Below, piece after piece: positions 1 to 12,673 of a stretch of DNA of 64,000 nucleotides. A program made the translations under genes and the position numbers. Source of the DNA: Octopus sinensis (lineage: Eukaryota); the NCBI RefSeq assembly GCF_006345805.1, contig NC_042998.1, forward strand, positions 16,120,001 to 16,184,000, read 5' to 3'. Below the pieces are notes generated by a model. That model was given only the letters and a program-made list of their open reading frames with translations. It was not told where the DNA came from and did not search any database. Within the stretch, counting starts at the first letter, position 1. The number at the start of each line of letters is the position of its first letter.

Positions 1-583
1 AAATTGCCCATATTAACACCATTTACCTTAACTCTACCTCTATTAATCAGGACATGAAACCAAGTCATAACGACATTAACAATATTAATTTTAGTTCGAA
101 TAACAACACAAAATAAAATAATGTAATTCTGAAGCATGAGGGAGTTAACCGTTTTATAAGACCCTTTTTTCTTTATAAAGTTACATCGAGGACTTTTAAA
201 GATAATTACCCTAATAACAATATATATATATCCTAGCAAATCTCTTTGGTTGATAATTCCATGTGGTAAGCAGATCAAATCCGACCTCTCTTGTCAGTTT
301 CGTGATGCTATAGAAAGGAGTATGGCAAAATATGCAAGATACTATTCGATTATTACTTCACACCTTATCAGGATAGGGTTCTCTAACAACGAACATTTTT
401 CACAAATCATCTCTTCGCGTAATAATAAATTGTTAAATACGAATCAACCTTTCGCTAACCTGTCAGCACCACTCTCTTCATAGTCTTCACTCATATAAAC
501 AGAAACATACACAGCACCATGCACACACACACACACATCGAAAAGATCATAATAAACAAGTTGATCTGAAATGGAATATACCA

Positions 584-816
584 ATTTCGTTAATATCAAC
601 GAGGGGCTAAACACAGAGAGGACAAACAAGGACAGACAAACGTATTAAATCGATTACATCGACCCCAGTACTTAACTGGTACTTAATTTATCGACCCCGA
701 AAGGAAGAAAGGCAAAAATCGACCTCGGGGGAATTTGAACCTAGAACGTAACGGCAGACGAAATACGGCTACGCATTTCGCCTGGCGTGCTAACGATTCT
801 GCCAGCTCGCTGCCTT
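584..816 (-). mobile_element. tRNA-derived SINE, family 1 (Meta-like core), with 15-bp TSD
   Basis: Minus strand reads AGGCAGCGAGCTGGCAGAATCGTTAGC (box A-like), GGTTCAAATTCC (box B-like), then the core CCTTTCGGGGTCGATAAATTAAGTACCAG. Flanked by direct repeat AAATGGAATATACCA at 569-583 and 817-831. Confidence 0.9.
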
Positions 817-2885
817 AAATGGAATATACCAGATTTCAGTACGATAAAGGTAAATCTTTCTATCCGCTTTGTAAAAACGAAATATATTTCATCCGGTTCT
901 CAGAGAATCCTCTAACAAACACGTTTAAAGAACGCGTTTATCGTTGCAAACTTTGGCAAAACATACCTTTATTTCCTATAAGTGATTTCTACCACTCTAT
1001 AAAATTCGGCCTTTAACTGTCTTCTTACATTTCACATCCACTACTGAACATATCTACTTCCAAGCCTTTACGATTTATTCATATTCACCTATCGCTCTAT
1101 ATCTCTCCACTATTAGTCTTCTGCTAATTTCTTTCTTTCTCCTTTTCTTTATATAAACTCTCTTTGATGTTATATCTATTAACGGTTATTTAAAAAAAAA
1201 AAAACTTGCTAGCGTTCCCTTCGTCATATACGCAATCATCACATTCTGTTAAGATGTCTTGCTGATGTGTTTGGTTTCTTTATTTCTCTGATGTGAAGAT
1301 TGCATTGTTTTACATCATTTTATTCTTTCTGGATTAATACAATGCTTCTTTGAAACATGTGTCGGAAGTAAAAAGATTTGAAAAACACTTGCAGTTAACT
1401 CCATTTATAAATGCGTGTGTGTGTGTGTGTAAGCAAATCGAAAATAAACGCACAAACAACAAAAGACAAAAGGTCGTACACAGTGATTGCTAAGATTAAA
1501 AAAGAAATGGGTGTTTATGCATGGCTCTTCGGCAGAAAGTGGATAGAGAAAATGTCCGGAAAGAAGGAACAATATAGTCAGTGAAAAGCACGTGAGTGAT
1601 AAGAAGGCTGAAGTCGTCAGAAATGGAGAGAGGTAGAGAAAGTGGTTTAAGAAGGCAGCAGAACGCGAAAATGACTCTGTGTGTGTGTTTGTGGTGCTGT
1701 GTGTGTTTGTGTTAATGTGATCGATGACTCTGTGAAGGGAGTGGTGCTGACAGGTTTAGCAGCAGTAGTTTAGATTCGATAGTGAGAGGTGAGGTGATGA
1801 TGTCTATGTGCGTGCTTTGGTGTTGCTGCGTGTGTGTCTGCGTATGGTGTTTGAATATGTACGTATTATTGTGTGTCCGGATGAGTGTGTATGTGTATGT
1901 ATGTATTTATGCGTGTGTGTGTGTATGTGTCTGTAATTATGAGCGCACATGAGTATGTGTATTGATGTGGGTGAAGGGTGTTTGTACATGCCAGCATATG
2001 TCTGTGTGCGTTTCTGTGTTATTTCCATCTCTCACGTTCTAGTCGCAGAGACTGGTCAACCTGAGGGTAGAGAAACAATTGAGTAGGAATGGTAGTTTTC
2101 GAAATTAATTGCTTAACCACTGTGCCATGATTTTTGCCACACACACACACACGCACGACGGACACACATATGCATGTATATATGTTTTTGTCTTGTGGCT
2201 GTATTTGTGCGTGTATTCATACATGTACGTATATATTATCTGTGTTCAAGTAATTGTGAAAATAATTAATGCTCATTATGATTGATTTATGTTGTTCAGC
2301 GTCATTTGGGATACAACTCATTCACTTGAAACGGTTCGGTTTTTATAGTTCAAAGCCATGTTTGCATTATACTTTTTGAATATATGAGATTGCTGGAATG
2401 TATATCCGTCATCGAATGCTATTCATAATTATCAATCGCATTCCGTGATGTTAATCTGTTACATTAAAAGTGAATCAAACCATCAATAATAATGCCGTAC
2501 TATAATTCATTCTCGTTGATAGTTTTGGCAGTGTATCAGTAAATAATAGTGGCGATCTGACTAATTCATTTGGACACTGTTTATTCATCATATCAGATGG
2601 CTTCATTGAAGCGACTTCAAGAAAATAGGTAAAATATATCCGGCTACTTGCAAGCATTGGCAAATTCTTTTACACGCCTCTCTCGTGCCAAATTCAAATT
2701 TGTGAAGTTACGCACAACCCTCAGTTTATTGGATTTTATCACTTCTAGTCCCCATATATATATTTTCATGCTAACCAGAACAATAATTAACATAGCCAAC
2801 AAATGTATGAGATGTTGTCACATAATCTCTCTCTGACTCTGTCTCTCTCTGTCTCTGTCTCTCTCTGTCTGTCTCTCTCTCTCAC

Positions 2886-2971
<86 letters not shown>

Positions 2972-3015
2972 ATTATTATTATTATTATCATTATTATTAT
3001 TATTATTAATTTATA

Positions 3016-3311
3016 AATAAGGGTATCTAAGCGATACCACCATGCTTGAAATAGCAGTCAAAACCTGACTCTAAAACCATGTCATATACTCAATATAGCA
3101 CAAGGTGAAAAAGACAAAGAAGCAAAAAAACTAGTAAAAGAATTGGATAATGCCAGACCTAAGGTTTCTGGTTTGTTTGAATATATACTTTGCCTTCCTT
3201 AGATTATTTGTTGCTCTTTGTCTTTTTCACCTTCTGCTATATTGATGTAGTTTTAGCCTCAGGGTTTGACTGCTATTTCAACCATGGTGGTATCTCTTAG
3301 ATTCCCTTGTT
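3016..3311. repeat. Fold-back (long imperfect inverted repeat) element
   Basis: Left arm AATAAGGGTATCTAAGCGATACCACCATGCTTGAAATAGCAGTCAAA...CAATATAGCACAAGGTGAAAAAGACAAAGA matches the reverse complement of ~3205-3311. Loop is ~3131-3200. Confidence 0.85.
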
Positions 3312-3378
3312 ACTGATTTACATATATAGGTGCACCTTCGAATGTGTGTATTAGTGATTCGTGCTAACCAGAACAATA

Positions 3379-3608
3379 CCCTATTTCTTTACTACCCACA
3401 AGGGGATAAACACAGAGGGGACAAGCAAGGACAGACAAACGGATTAAGTCGATTACATCAACCCCAGTGCAAAACTGGTACTTAATTTATCGACCCCGAA
3501 AGGATGAAAGGCAAAGTCGACCTCGGCGGAATTTGAACTCACAACGTAACGGCAGCCGAAATACCGCAAAGCATTTCGCCCGACGTGCTGACGATTCTGC
3601 CAGCTCGC
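3379..3608 (-). mobile_element. tRNA-derived SINE, family 1
   Basis: Same box A/B head and GCCTTTCATCCTTTCGGGGTCGATAAATTAAGTACCAG core as 584-816. It interrupts a sequence whose uninterrupted copy is at 2769-2828. Confidence 0.9.
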
Positions 3609-3710
3609 AGCCAACAAATGTATGAGATGTCACATAATCTTCCTCTATCTCTCTCTCTCTCCACACACACACACACACATAAATATTTATATATGCGCAA
3701 CTCTTTGTAT

Positions 3711-3783
<73 letters not shown>

Positions 3784-4999
3784 GTTTATATGTGTAGATG
3801 TGTGCATATATCTAAGTAACCAATGGTCCATTGTTGAAAGCTTCGCCAGACAACAACCAATGATGAATGACTTTTCAAATCGCTCATTAAACACTTCTTT
3901 ATCTGCCATTGTGTAGCTGTTCGCTTGTCGCTGATTCACACAGTTATACACTTTTTGTCAACCACCTATTACCTACCCACTTCTTTATCTAAATAACTGA
4001 TACAGAAATTCGACTCTCCCTCTAAAATAGACGCAGTACTCAGTCATCCCCTATCAGGACCCAAATCAAAAATCCTTCGCTGATGTCTTTTTTTCTGAAT
4101 GCTTTCTGTGTTTTGCTTTAATCCTTCTTTTTCATTTCCCACATGAAATATATTATTTTCTTTAAAAGGTTGAAAGCTTTGCTTCCAACGACAGTCATAT
4201 TTATTAATTGTGAAGCACAAATAAACTCTACACTTATCTAATTTCTTCAGGCTATTTTTAATGAGGTTAATGATTTTTATGATATATTGACAATTACAAG
4301 TCAAAAACAATGCTGTCACTCTGAGAATGAAGGTGTCACGGGGTTATACATACATTGACCTGCAACTTTGTATGATAATGATTGTGCTCACATTAGGAAA
4401 CACTGGCCTCCATTTAGAGTAATACTGAGAGCAATTAGATGTATCTCAGTTTGACTGAAATATGAAAATGAAATCAACCAATATGATAAATTCTAACCTG
4501 TCACATTAATGTAAATCGATTGAATGATTGTCCTACAATCATCAGTGGATGACCCAATATGAATCTAGGACACACACCACACTTCTATAAAATTCACGTC
4601 ATTGAATACAGATTGAATCTGTAATAGATATTGCTGTAACCTTATGTCCCTCTGTTTATCTAATCTTTCGTCGTTCCGTCTGTTGGTCTGTCTGTCTTTA
4701 TCTGTCCATCTATCTTCCAGACTATATTTTTGTCAGTCCTTATATGTATCTAACTAGCTGTTGTATGTCTGTCAATCTCTCTCCCTCCTCTCTCTCTAAA
4801 CGCCTAAGTATCTATATGCAAGTCTTTATCTGTTTATTCTTTAGTTGTTTATCTTTCAGCCTATCTATGTATCTATTCATCTGTCTACATCTATATTGAT
4901 ATCTTATTATATATATCTCTCTATTTCACCTCTCCATTCTCCGCATATGAATATATGTGTGTGTGTGTGTTTCTGTGTGTGTGTGAGTATTTCTCTGTA

Positions 5000-6309
5000 G
5001 CCATTCCTGGTGGTGTTTGTGCATATGTTTTCATCCTAAGTATTACTGTATGGCGCTACTTAATCGAATGTCTTGAGTAGATCCACATCTATTTTGCGGG
5101 TAGTGATTCACCAAGCCAGTCTATTAAATACCACACCCTGCTACATGAATGCTTTTATCTAATTTTGTTCTCTGCTAGCCAGTTGTTGTTAACTTATGGC
5201 TTTATTTCTATCGTAATATCAAGGTATGAGAATATGCAAACAAGTACTCCACTTGTTGCCAAAAATTTTGATTTCTATACCCTTGTAATATCTGTACATG
5301 CTTGTCACAACCTCTACATCAGGATGTCACCGGCTACTATTACGTAAACCACACCTTATCTACATTCCAATGACAAAATCTTTCAACCTTTATCCATAAT
5401 CCATCTCTATTGACCTGTCTCTAACATAACAGGCATGCTGTTCTGGTCGTATTATGAAATGCCAATTTCTCGTCACATCTTTCAGTGTTGCTTAGCAGAA
5501 CGATTTTGCTCATCAGTGTCCACTCTCCTAAATCTTGCCTTGCACATGTCTTCGGAAAATGCATTACAAGGATGTATATTTATTCCGATAGCCAGCTGTG
5601 AGTTAAGCATTCTTTTCTTGCCAAACAAGGTTAGCTTTTCCTTTGATACACAAGTTTAGTCGAGGTTTGGCTGCAATTAGTAATACTTTGATGCCATGGT
5701 GCAGGGGTTTTCCTGGAAGATGATTGGGTTTCTGTAATATACGCAATCAATCTCAATCACACGTTTCATTATAAACGCATGCATTATTATTATCCATTTG
5801 CTACCGTCCATTCAGCCCCTAACATCCATTTCTTCCTGGAAATGCAATGTTACAGCTTCTATCGTCAACCTTGATTGATATGACCCAACTATCAGTGTTA
5901 TGCAATCATGCGAAGCACAAAGAATGTCTTCCTGTTACAGTGAGAACGAAGGTCATCACACCACATATCCGAAGCCTATTTTATTGGTGTCTTATCAAAG
6001 AGTTGTCTTCCGACATTGGCGATTCTTTCTTTCCTTCACTCCCCACAAATGATAGTTGTGAATGCCATACCCACTCATAAAAAGGTTTCCCACGCATTTC
6101 ACTTAGCATTCAGCTCCATATTACGCACAAAAACTAATGTCTTCCAGAAAAGTTCTTTTCACTTCATCGACGCAAATTTCCAAGTACATATGCATGCAAG
6201 ATACGAAAGCTCATTCTTCTGTTTGAAAGAAACATGAAAACTGGTCCTAACACAGCTCCTCATTTGAATTTGAGATCCGACCTACGCTCATCAAACAATT
6301 TCTTACACA

Positions 6310-6350
<41 letters not shown>

Positions 6351-6560
6351 CTCTGTTTTCCAATCTATATACTTATGTATCTCTTTGTTGCTTCAGTCTT
6401 TCTCTCTGCTATTCTTTCTTTCCTTCTGTTCCACACGGAATTTCTATTATATTAATGATTTCAAACATGTTCCATTGTGTTTCTAACCACATAAGTTAGA
6501 AATGTGAAACCTTTGAAGAAAACAAGTACCTACCTATGCACTGAAACCAGCTCTTCTGTT
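5000..6560 (-). pseudogene. Probable highly decayed piggyBac-type transposase remnant
   Basis: Minus-strand fragments read HLPGKPLHHGIK (~5690-5725, cf. piggyBac YxPxKPxxxGxK), GLRNSSRDIL (cf. GTxRxNR) and M*QGVVFN (cf. MGGVD), in the expected order. Many stops and frameshifts; no TIRs recognised. Confidence 0.4.
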
Positions 6561-7149
6561 TTCGATGGATGTATAATTATTAGTCAGTAACATCGTTCTG
6601 CAGCGAAATGGTTCTCATTGATCAATATCCTATCAACTATTATCTCTATCATGTTTCAAGTTTTTCTCACCCGCAACTCATCATCAAATCAATCCAACCT
6701 TCATTCTTTCCATAAGCAATATAGACAACTTGCATAAACATTGCACTGGTTCCATGAACGATATCAACTCAAAAACTTCCAATCAAGCCATCAGAATTCT
6801 GTCACCTAAAATACAAGCACGTATACAAGATAGTATTCAAAAAATTACGTCTCTCCATCCCACCCTAAACATGAACAGAATACAACTAAACTACAACAAT
6901 ATTCATCGAACGTTTACTGGATTTCACCGTTATTGGGGATTTCTCTTGGCAAACGCAATCAGAAATCATAAAATACTTAAGAAAGCGTAAAGTTACACTT
7001 CACAGGAAGAAAATAATTAATTATGTTCAACAAACATATTTGAGACCCGTAATAAAGTACAGCATATATATATGCTGGTGCTGCATCTATTACACAAATA
7101 ATAAGGTTTCGTCAAAGGATGTTTATTTATCTATCAGTCTATCTATGTA

Positions 7150-7510
7150 TCTAAGGATGTACACTGGAATACACTGGAAGCATTGGCTATCCTGTTAATT
7201 CCAAACCACAGACGCCTGCTGTTATTTCTCGAACATTTCTTCCGCTTCATCTCATCTTCACTCAAGAAACCCCACATAACTAATTTTCCAATTTATCCTA
7301 GCATATCTCTGTCAACTTTTCACTCCCTGTGCTTTCGAATATCCTAAGTCCTTTCTATGCAGAAGATCTGCTTTCGAAGATTATCTGTCAACGATCTACA
7401 TGTAGCTGTATATAAAAGACAATTAGACGTGTTGCTTTCTGAGGACCAGTGAACACCATTTATAATATCGCTTATCCCATCCTAGCAAATTACTGTTCAT
7501 ATACGATTGG
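7150..7510 (+). mobile_element. Decayed CR1-type LINE 3' end
   Basis: Reads NDLHVAVYKRQLDVLLSE at ~7390-7443, resembling the C-terminal VxxFKxxLDxxL motif of the CR1-type copy at 21480-21950. Confidence 0.4.
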
Positions 7511-8136
7511 TAGCATTGGTATTAGGTAAACTATATTTTTTTTACACTTCGAAAATCAAGAGGGGAAGAAAATTTATGGGCTTTGTACAAAAACATACGC
7601 GTGGAAGAAGGAAAAATGTTAATACCCTTCGGCTTTCATACGATATTAATGAAAAATTTATCTGCAACTATATTAGAGGAGATACTAGGAATATAAAAGA
7701 GAATGAGTGGAGACTGGAAAAGCATTGGAAAGAGAAGGAAAATGAGAGATAATATAAGAATAAATGGTGTGTTTATTGGTTAGGGAAAAGTAGAATGTGT
7801 ATTAGTTAGAGGTTAGTGAGTTCGTAAACAACTCAGTAAACAACGTAATTTTAATTAATTAATTAAGATCTAATTCATTCAGATAATCTCACACCTTTAG
7901 ATAATGCACTAAGAGTGCAATGTTAATTAATTAAAATTTCTTAGCTAAATCTATCAACAACTCTAGTGTCAACTTTAATACTATGTCTTGACGCAACCAA
8001 CGTCCTAGAGTGATTTTTTCAATCTTATTCTTCCAGGTTTTCACGCCACTGTATGTTCCTCTCCTAATATAATAATGTGCGTAGTATATATATATATATA
8101 TATTATAATATATAATATATATATATACATACATAC

Positions 8137-8207
<71 letters not shown>

Positions 8208-8229
8208 ATATAAATACATATATATATAT

Positions 8230-10680
8230 AGTAAATATTAGGGAATAAATCCAAACTTACAGGGAAAAATCAGATTTAGGATTAAATCCAATTTTATATT
8301 ATAAATATATTATATTATATTATATTAAATTAGAGATAAAACCACTATTAGGCAAATCAAACAATGAAAAACATAACCCAATACATAAAATTAATTAATT
8401 TATATCATTTTAAATATATATCAAAGGTATTAAAAGTTTAATAAAAGATAAAGAGTAAAACACTACGATCGTTTCATGGCTGTACAATTCGTAATAATTC
8501 GAGTTATGGTTATCTTCAGGTCAATTGAAATATCTAAAATATAAAAAATATAATCAGAAATATTTAAACAATATTTTTAAGATATAAAAAATATAATAAT
8601 TTTACTTATAATAAACTCTATTATCAAACTAGAAACATAAAACTTAATAATTGATTATATCAAAATCGACTATAATGTTAAATATTAATTTTAATTTATA
8701 GTTAGGAAATTTAAGTTAGGAAACCCACCAATAATCTAATATCGACATTAGTCTATATCTAATTACATAAATATTTTAAAATGACTAATATATATAAATT
8801 ATCAATGAAAATATATAAATGTAGATAAATATTAAGATCTAAAATACTCTCTATAAATAAATATATATGCACATATAATAAAAACTTAATAAATTAAGTT
8901 TTCATATTTAAAGATGAAATAGCTAATTTCAAAATACAAATAAACAAACTTAATCGAACTTTCGGAAATCTTATGTAAAATACTTATAGAAATAATCAAT
9001 TCGTAGTAATATAGTATCGAATAAATACTATAAATACTATAAATATAATTATCAATGGGAATAACTAGCGAATATCAATTTAAAGAAATAACTAAGTTAT
9101 GCTAATAAATGAGACATGGCCTGGACCAATCTTTAGTCGAAACATATCTAAGTTTATCAAAGTTTATCTAATTTAATTATAAATTTAACTCTACAATTAA
9201 TACTATTAAAACATGTATATACAAAAGCCTAACTTAATACACCTCGTATGCTTGCTATCAAATAACAAATCTATCGCTGTAGTACATTACAAATAAACTT
9301 AAATTTAATATCTAATAATATAGAAAATTACAATAATTAGATCATTACATAAACCACGATATTTACATAAGGAAAATATTATTACACCAAAGACTTATAC
9401 AATATTAAAATTTACAATTTGAAGATCTTAAATATAAATAAATACTTATCTTAGCAATGAACTAAAATTTTGAATCGGAAAACGTCTTTACAGCGTTTAT
9501 AAGAATACTCGTGGAATTACGTTATTAGCAAAAAAAAATAAATAAATTGTTGAAGAATTCATTAAGCGTGAGGAACCTACGCTTTATCAATGAGATTGTG
9601 AATGGGAAAATTAATGGTTTATCATTGCAAATAGAATGAAGTACCAAATAAAGAATAAAATCTCTCTATACAATAATATTTATCAATAAAATAACTATGA
9701 TAAATAATACTTAATACAAAATAAATTATATGATTTAAATGATTAAAAACCACTAATTATTAAATATATCCTAAAAATCTTATATGATTAATAAATATAT
9801 ACAAAAATTTATTTATATAGTAACCCCTCATCATACTATAAATTCTTTCCCATGCTCTCATAGTTATAAGCTAACATTAGTGATCAATAACAAATCTATA
9901 AATACTTATCAAAATTTGTAGTATAACTAAACATACGCATATATAAATATATAAAAAATATACATACATATACATATATATATACATATATATATGCATA
10001 TATATATATATATACATACATATACATACACATATACACATACGTACACACATACATACATATACATATATACACACATATATACACACACATTCACACA
10101 TACACATATGCACACACATACATACATGTACATACATACAATACTCAATATATACACATACACCTATATACACACACCCACACACACACACATAAATAAT
10201 TTATATACATATACATATATATACACGCACATCAACATATATACATACACACACAACCACATATATCATATAATAAATACATATATAAATGTCTATATTC
10301 ATACTACAATACAAAATAGAGGTAAATATTAAGTTGAATCTAAATAATTAATCTACTAATCTATACTTCTATATTAAATAAAATAGATTAAATAAACAAC
10401 TAAATAAATCTATTTCAAATATAAAGAGATTACATACAAATAGATTAATATAACAAAAAGTATAATTTATCGAAGTTTTAACAGAAATATAACAAAATAT
10501 ATAAAATTGTAACTTACCAGACTCTATATTCAATTAATCATTAAATATTCATTAAAAATATATTTAGTAATAAAATATTTAGTAATAAAATGAACAGCTA
10601 TATATAATCTAACTATAATTAAGAACAGAACCTAAATAACTAAAATAAACTAATATAATAAGTACTACAAATCACCTGCT
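8230..10680 (-). mobile_element. Extremely AT-rich, probably Penelope-like-derived segment
   Basis: Begins right after an (AT)n tract and carries an HHR motif at 8461-8522. Shares the motif AGACATGGCCTGGACNAATCTTNNGTCGAAACATATC (~9112-9148) with ~59664-59701. No readable RT or GIY-YIG protein. A similar AT-rich block lies at ~36590-37400. Confidence 0.3.
8461..8522 (-). ncRNA. Hammerhead ribozyme-like motif (type I, palindromic stem III)
   Basis: Minus strand: GAC-CTGAAGA-...-GAAA-CGATCG-TA-GTG. Core intact, palindromic ACGATCGT stem III, GUA triplet; stems I and II weak. Confidence 0.55.
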
Positions 10681-10725
10681 ATATTTTGAATACTATTACA
10701 TAACACAACAAATATATATATAGGG

Positions 10726-10773
<48 letters not shown>

Positions 10774-11694
10774 TGATAGATAGATAATCATTACAAATTG
10801 CTGTAGGGAGCAGATCAAATCCGTTCAATTCACTTCCTATTGGCTGTTGCTGAGAGCTACATGGTGTTTTCCCCCGAATGTTGCACATCATGAAAAGTGC
10901 CATTTCTTCCAGAACACTTTTTATTTCGCCTTCGTATGGGGATTGTGACTTTGTTTCTGTACGCTCGCTTTACTTATGAATCATTGCTCAGCTTCTGTAT
11001 TTGCGTTTTTTTTTTAGTGCATAATATTTCCTGTTTTTTGATGCTGACATGACTCCTGGGAGAACGATATCAGTCTGAATTTTTTTCTATGGCGCCCGTT
11101 GTCGCTTCAATTGAATGAGTAAAGCCCCTAATCTATGACGTTCGCAAAGAATATTTCTTCCCTTCCTCGAAATTACGTCGTCTTTACTTCTCTTGATGAT
11201 AGCATTGCAAATTACTTACATTTGTTTTAAATGTTGTTCTCATTGTTGCTTGTAATGGAGCCAGCTGCTATCGCGCTCGCTCCTTAAACTATTATTATTG
11301 CTGCTCCTGCTGCTGGCACAATTATAGATGCCATTATGGCTACTGCTGATCACACTATTGTTCATGTTGGTTTCGTTATTGTTCAAGTTGGAGTTGTAAC
11401 AACTCATGCTGATGTCAATGGTCTTGTTATTACTGAGGTCATTGTCATTGCTGTCGTTGTTTTGGTGGTGGTGGTGGTGGTGGTGGTAGTTGTGTTGTTG
11501 TTAGAGTTCTTTTGTTTTATAGTTTATTGTTTTATAGATTATGCTTTACTGTAAGCACAACCTCCTCACAATCCAGAACTGCTTATGGAAAGTGTGAGAG
11601 CCGTTTACTGGAAAAGGGATGAAGAAAATCAAACGCAGATTAAACTCACTCGTGACGTTTCAAACGCGTGTTCCACATATCATCCAAGTGATAA

Positions 11695-12033
<339 letters not shown>

Positions 12034-12041
12034 TGGAGGAA

Positions 12042-12088
12042 TTCCAACCAAGTTTCGTGATACGCTACCTCAACATCATCAGGAGGAA
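12042..12088 (-). ncRNA. Hammerhead ribozyme-like motif
   Basis: Minus strand: TTCCTC-CTGATGA-TGTTGA-GGTAGCGTA-TCAC-GAAA-CTTGG-TT-GGAA. Core intact, GUU triplet. Confidence 0.55.
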
Positions 12089-12622
12089 CACGTCGGGTTT
12101 CGGCCCCTATTCCTCTACCGTTTCTGGAGGTGTCTTCAGCTTTGGTGTTGAGTGCGTTTTTTGCCCCTCTCTCTTTTTTTTTCCTTGACATTTTGGCTTT
12201 GGTGTCTCCTATGCAGCGTCAACGAATGTCAACGGGTGAATGACCATCCTGTCAAACCTTCCGCTAAATACTCGCTGGTAGGCTCCAGCAGGCAACACCA
12301 GTTAACTGTCATGTGACACTATCTAAGCTTCAACTGACCATTGGAGGGGAAGGACGTATAGTTTTGGTCCGCGCCTTCTCTAAACCTGCCTTCCAGCAGC
12401 GTCGTGTTACCTTCACTTCCAGCAGTCAGAGCCGACTATCTGTTTAGTGGTACAATCTTCCGAACCGCGAAGCGGGCGTGCAATGAATGAAATCACTCCC
12501 TTGGCCTACTTATCAATCAGCAACGCTGCTTAAGTGCCAGCCAGCCTCACCCAGCAATGTTATTTCCCAGTTGGCATGTTATGGCTATCGAACCATTTTG
12601 GGTCTTCTTGTTTCAGCCATAT

Positions 12623-12668
<46 letters not shown>

Positions 12669-12673
<5 letters not shown>

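Noticed and set aside
10790-11150. Gypsy integrase-like hint (HDVQHSGENTM on the minus strand)
   Set aside because: A single short motif with no LTRs or other domains.
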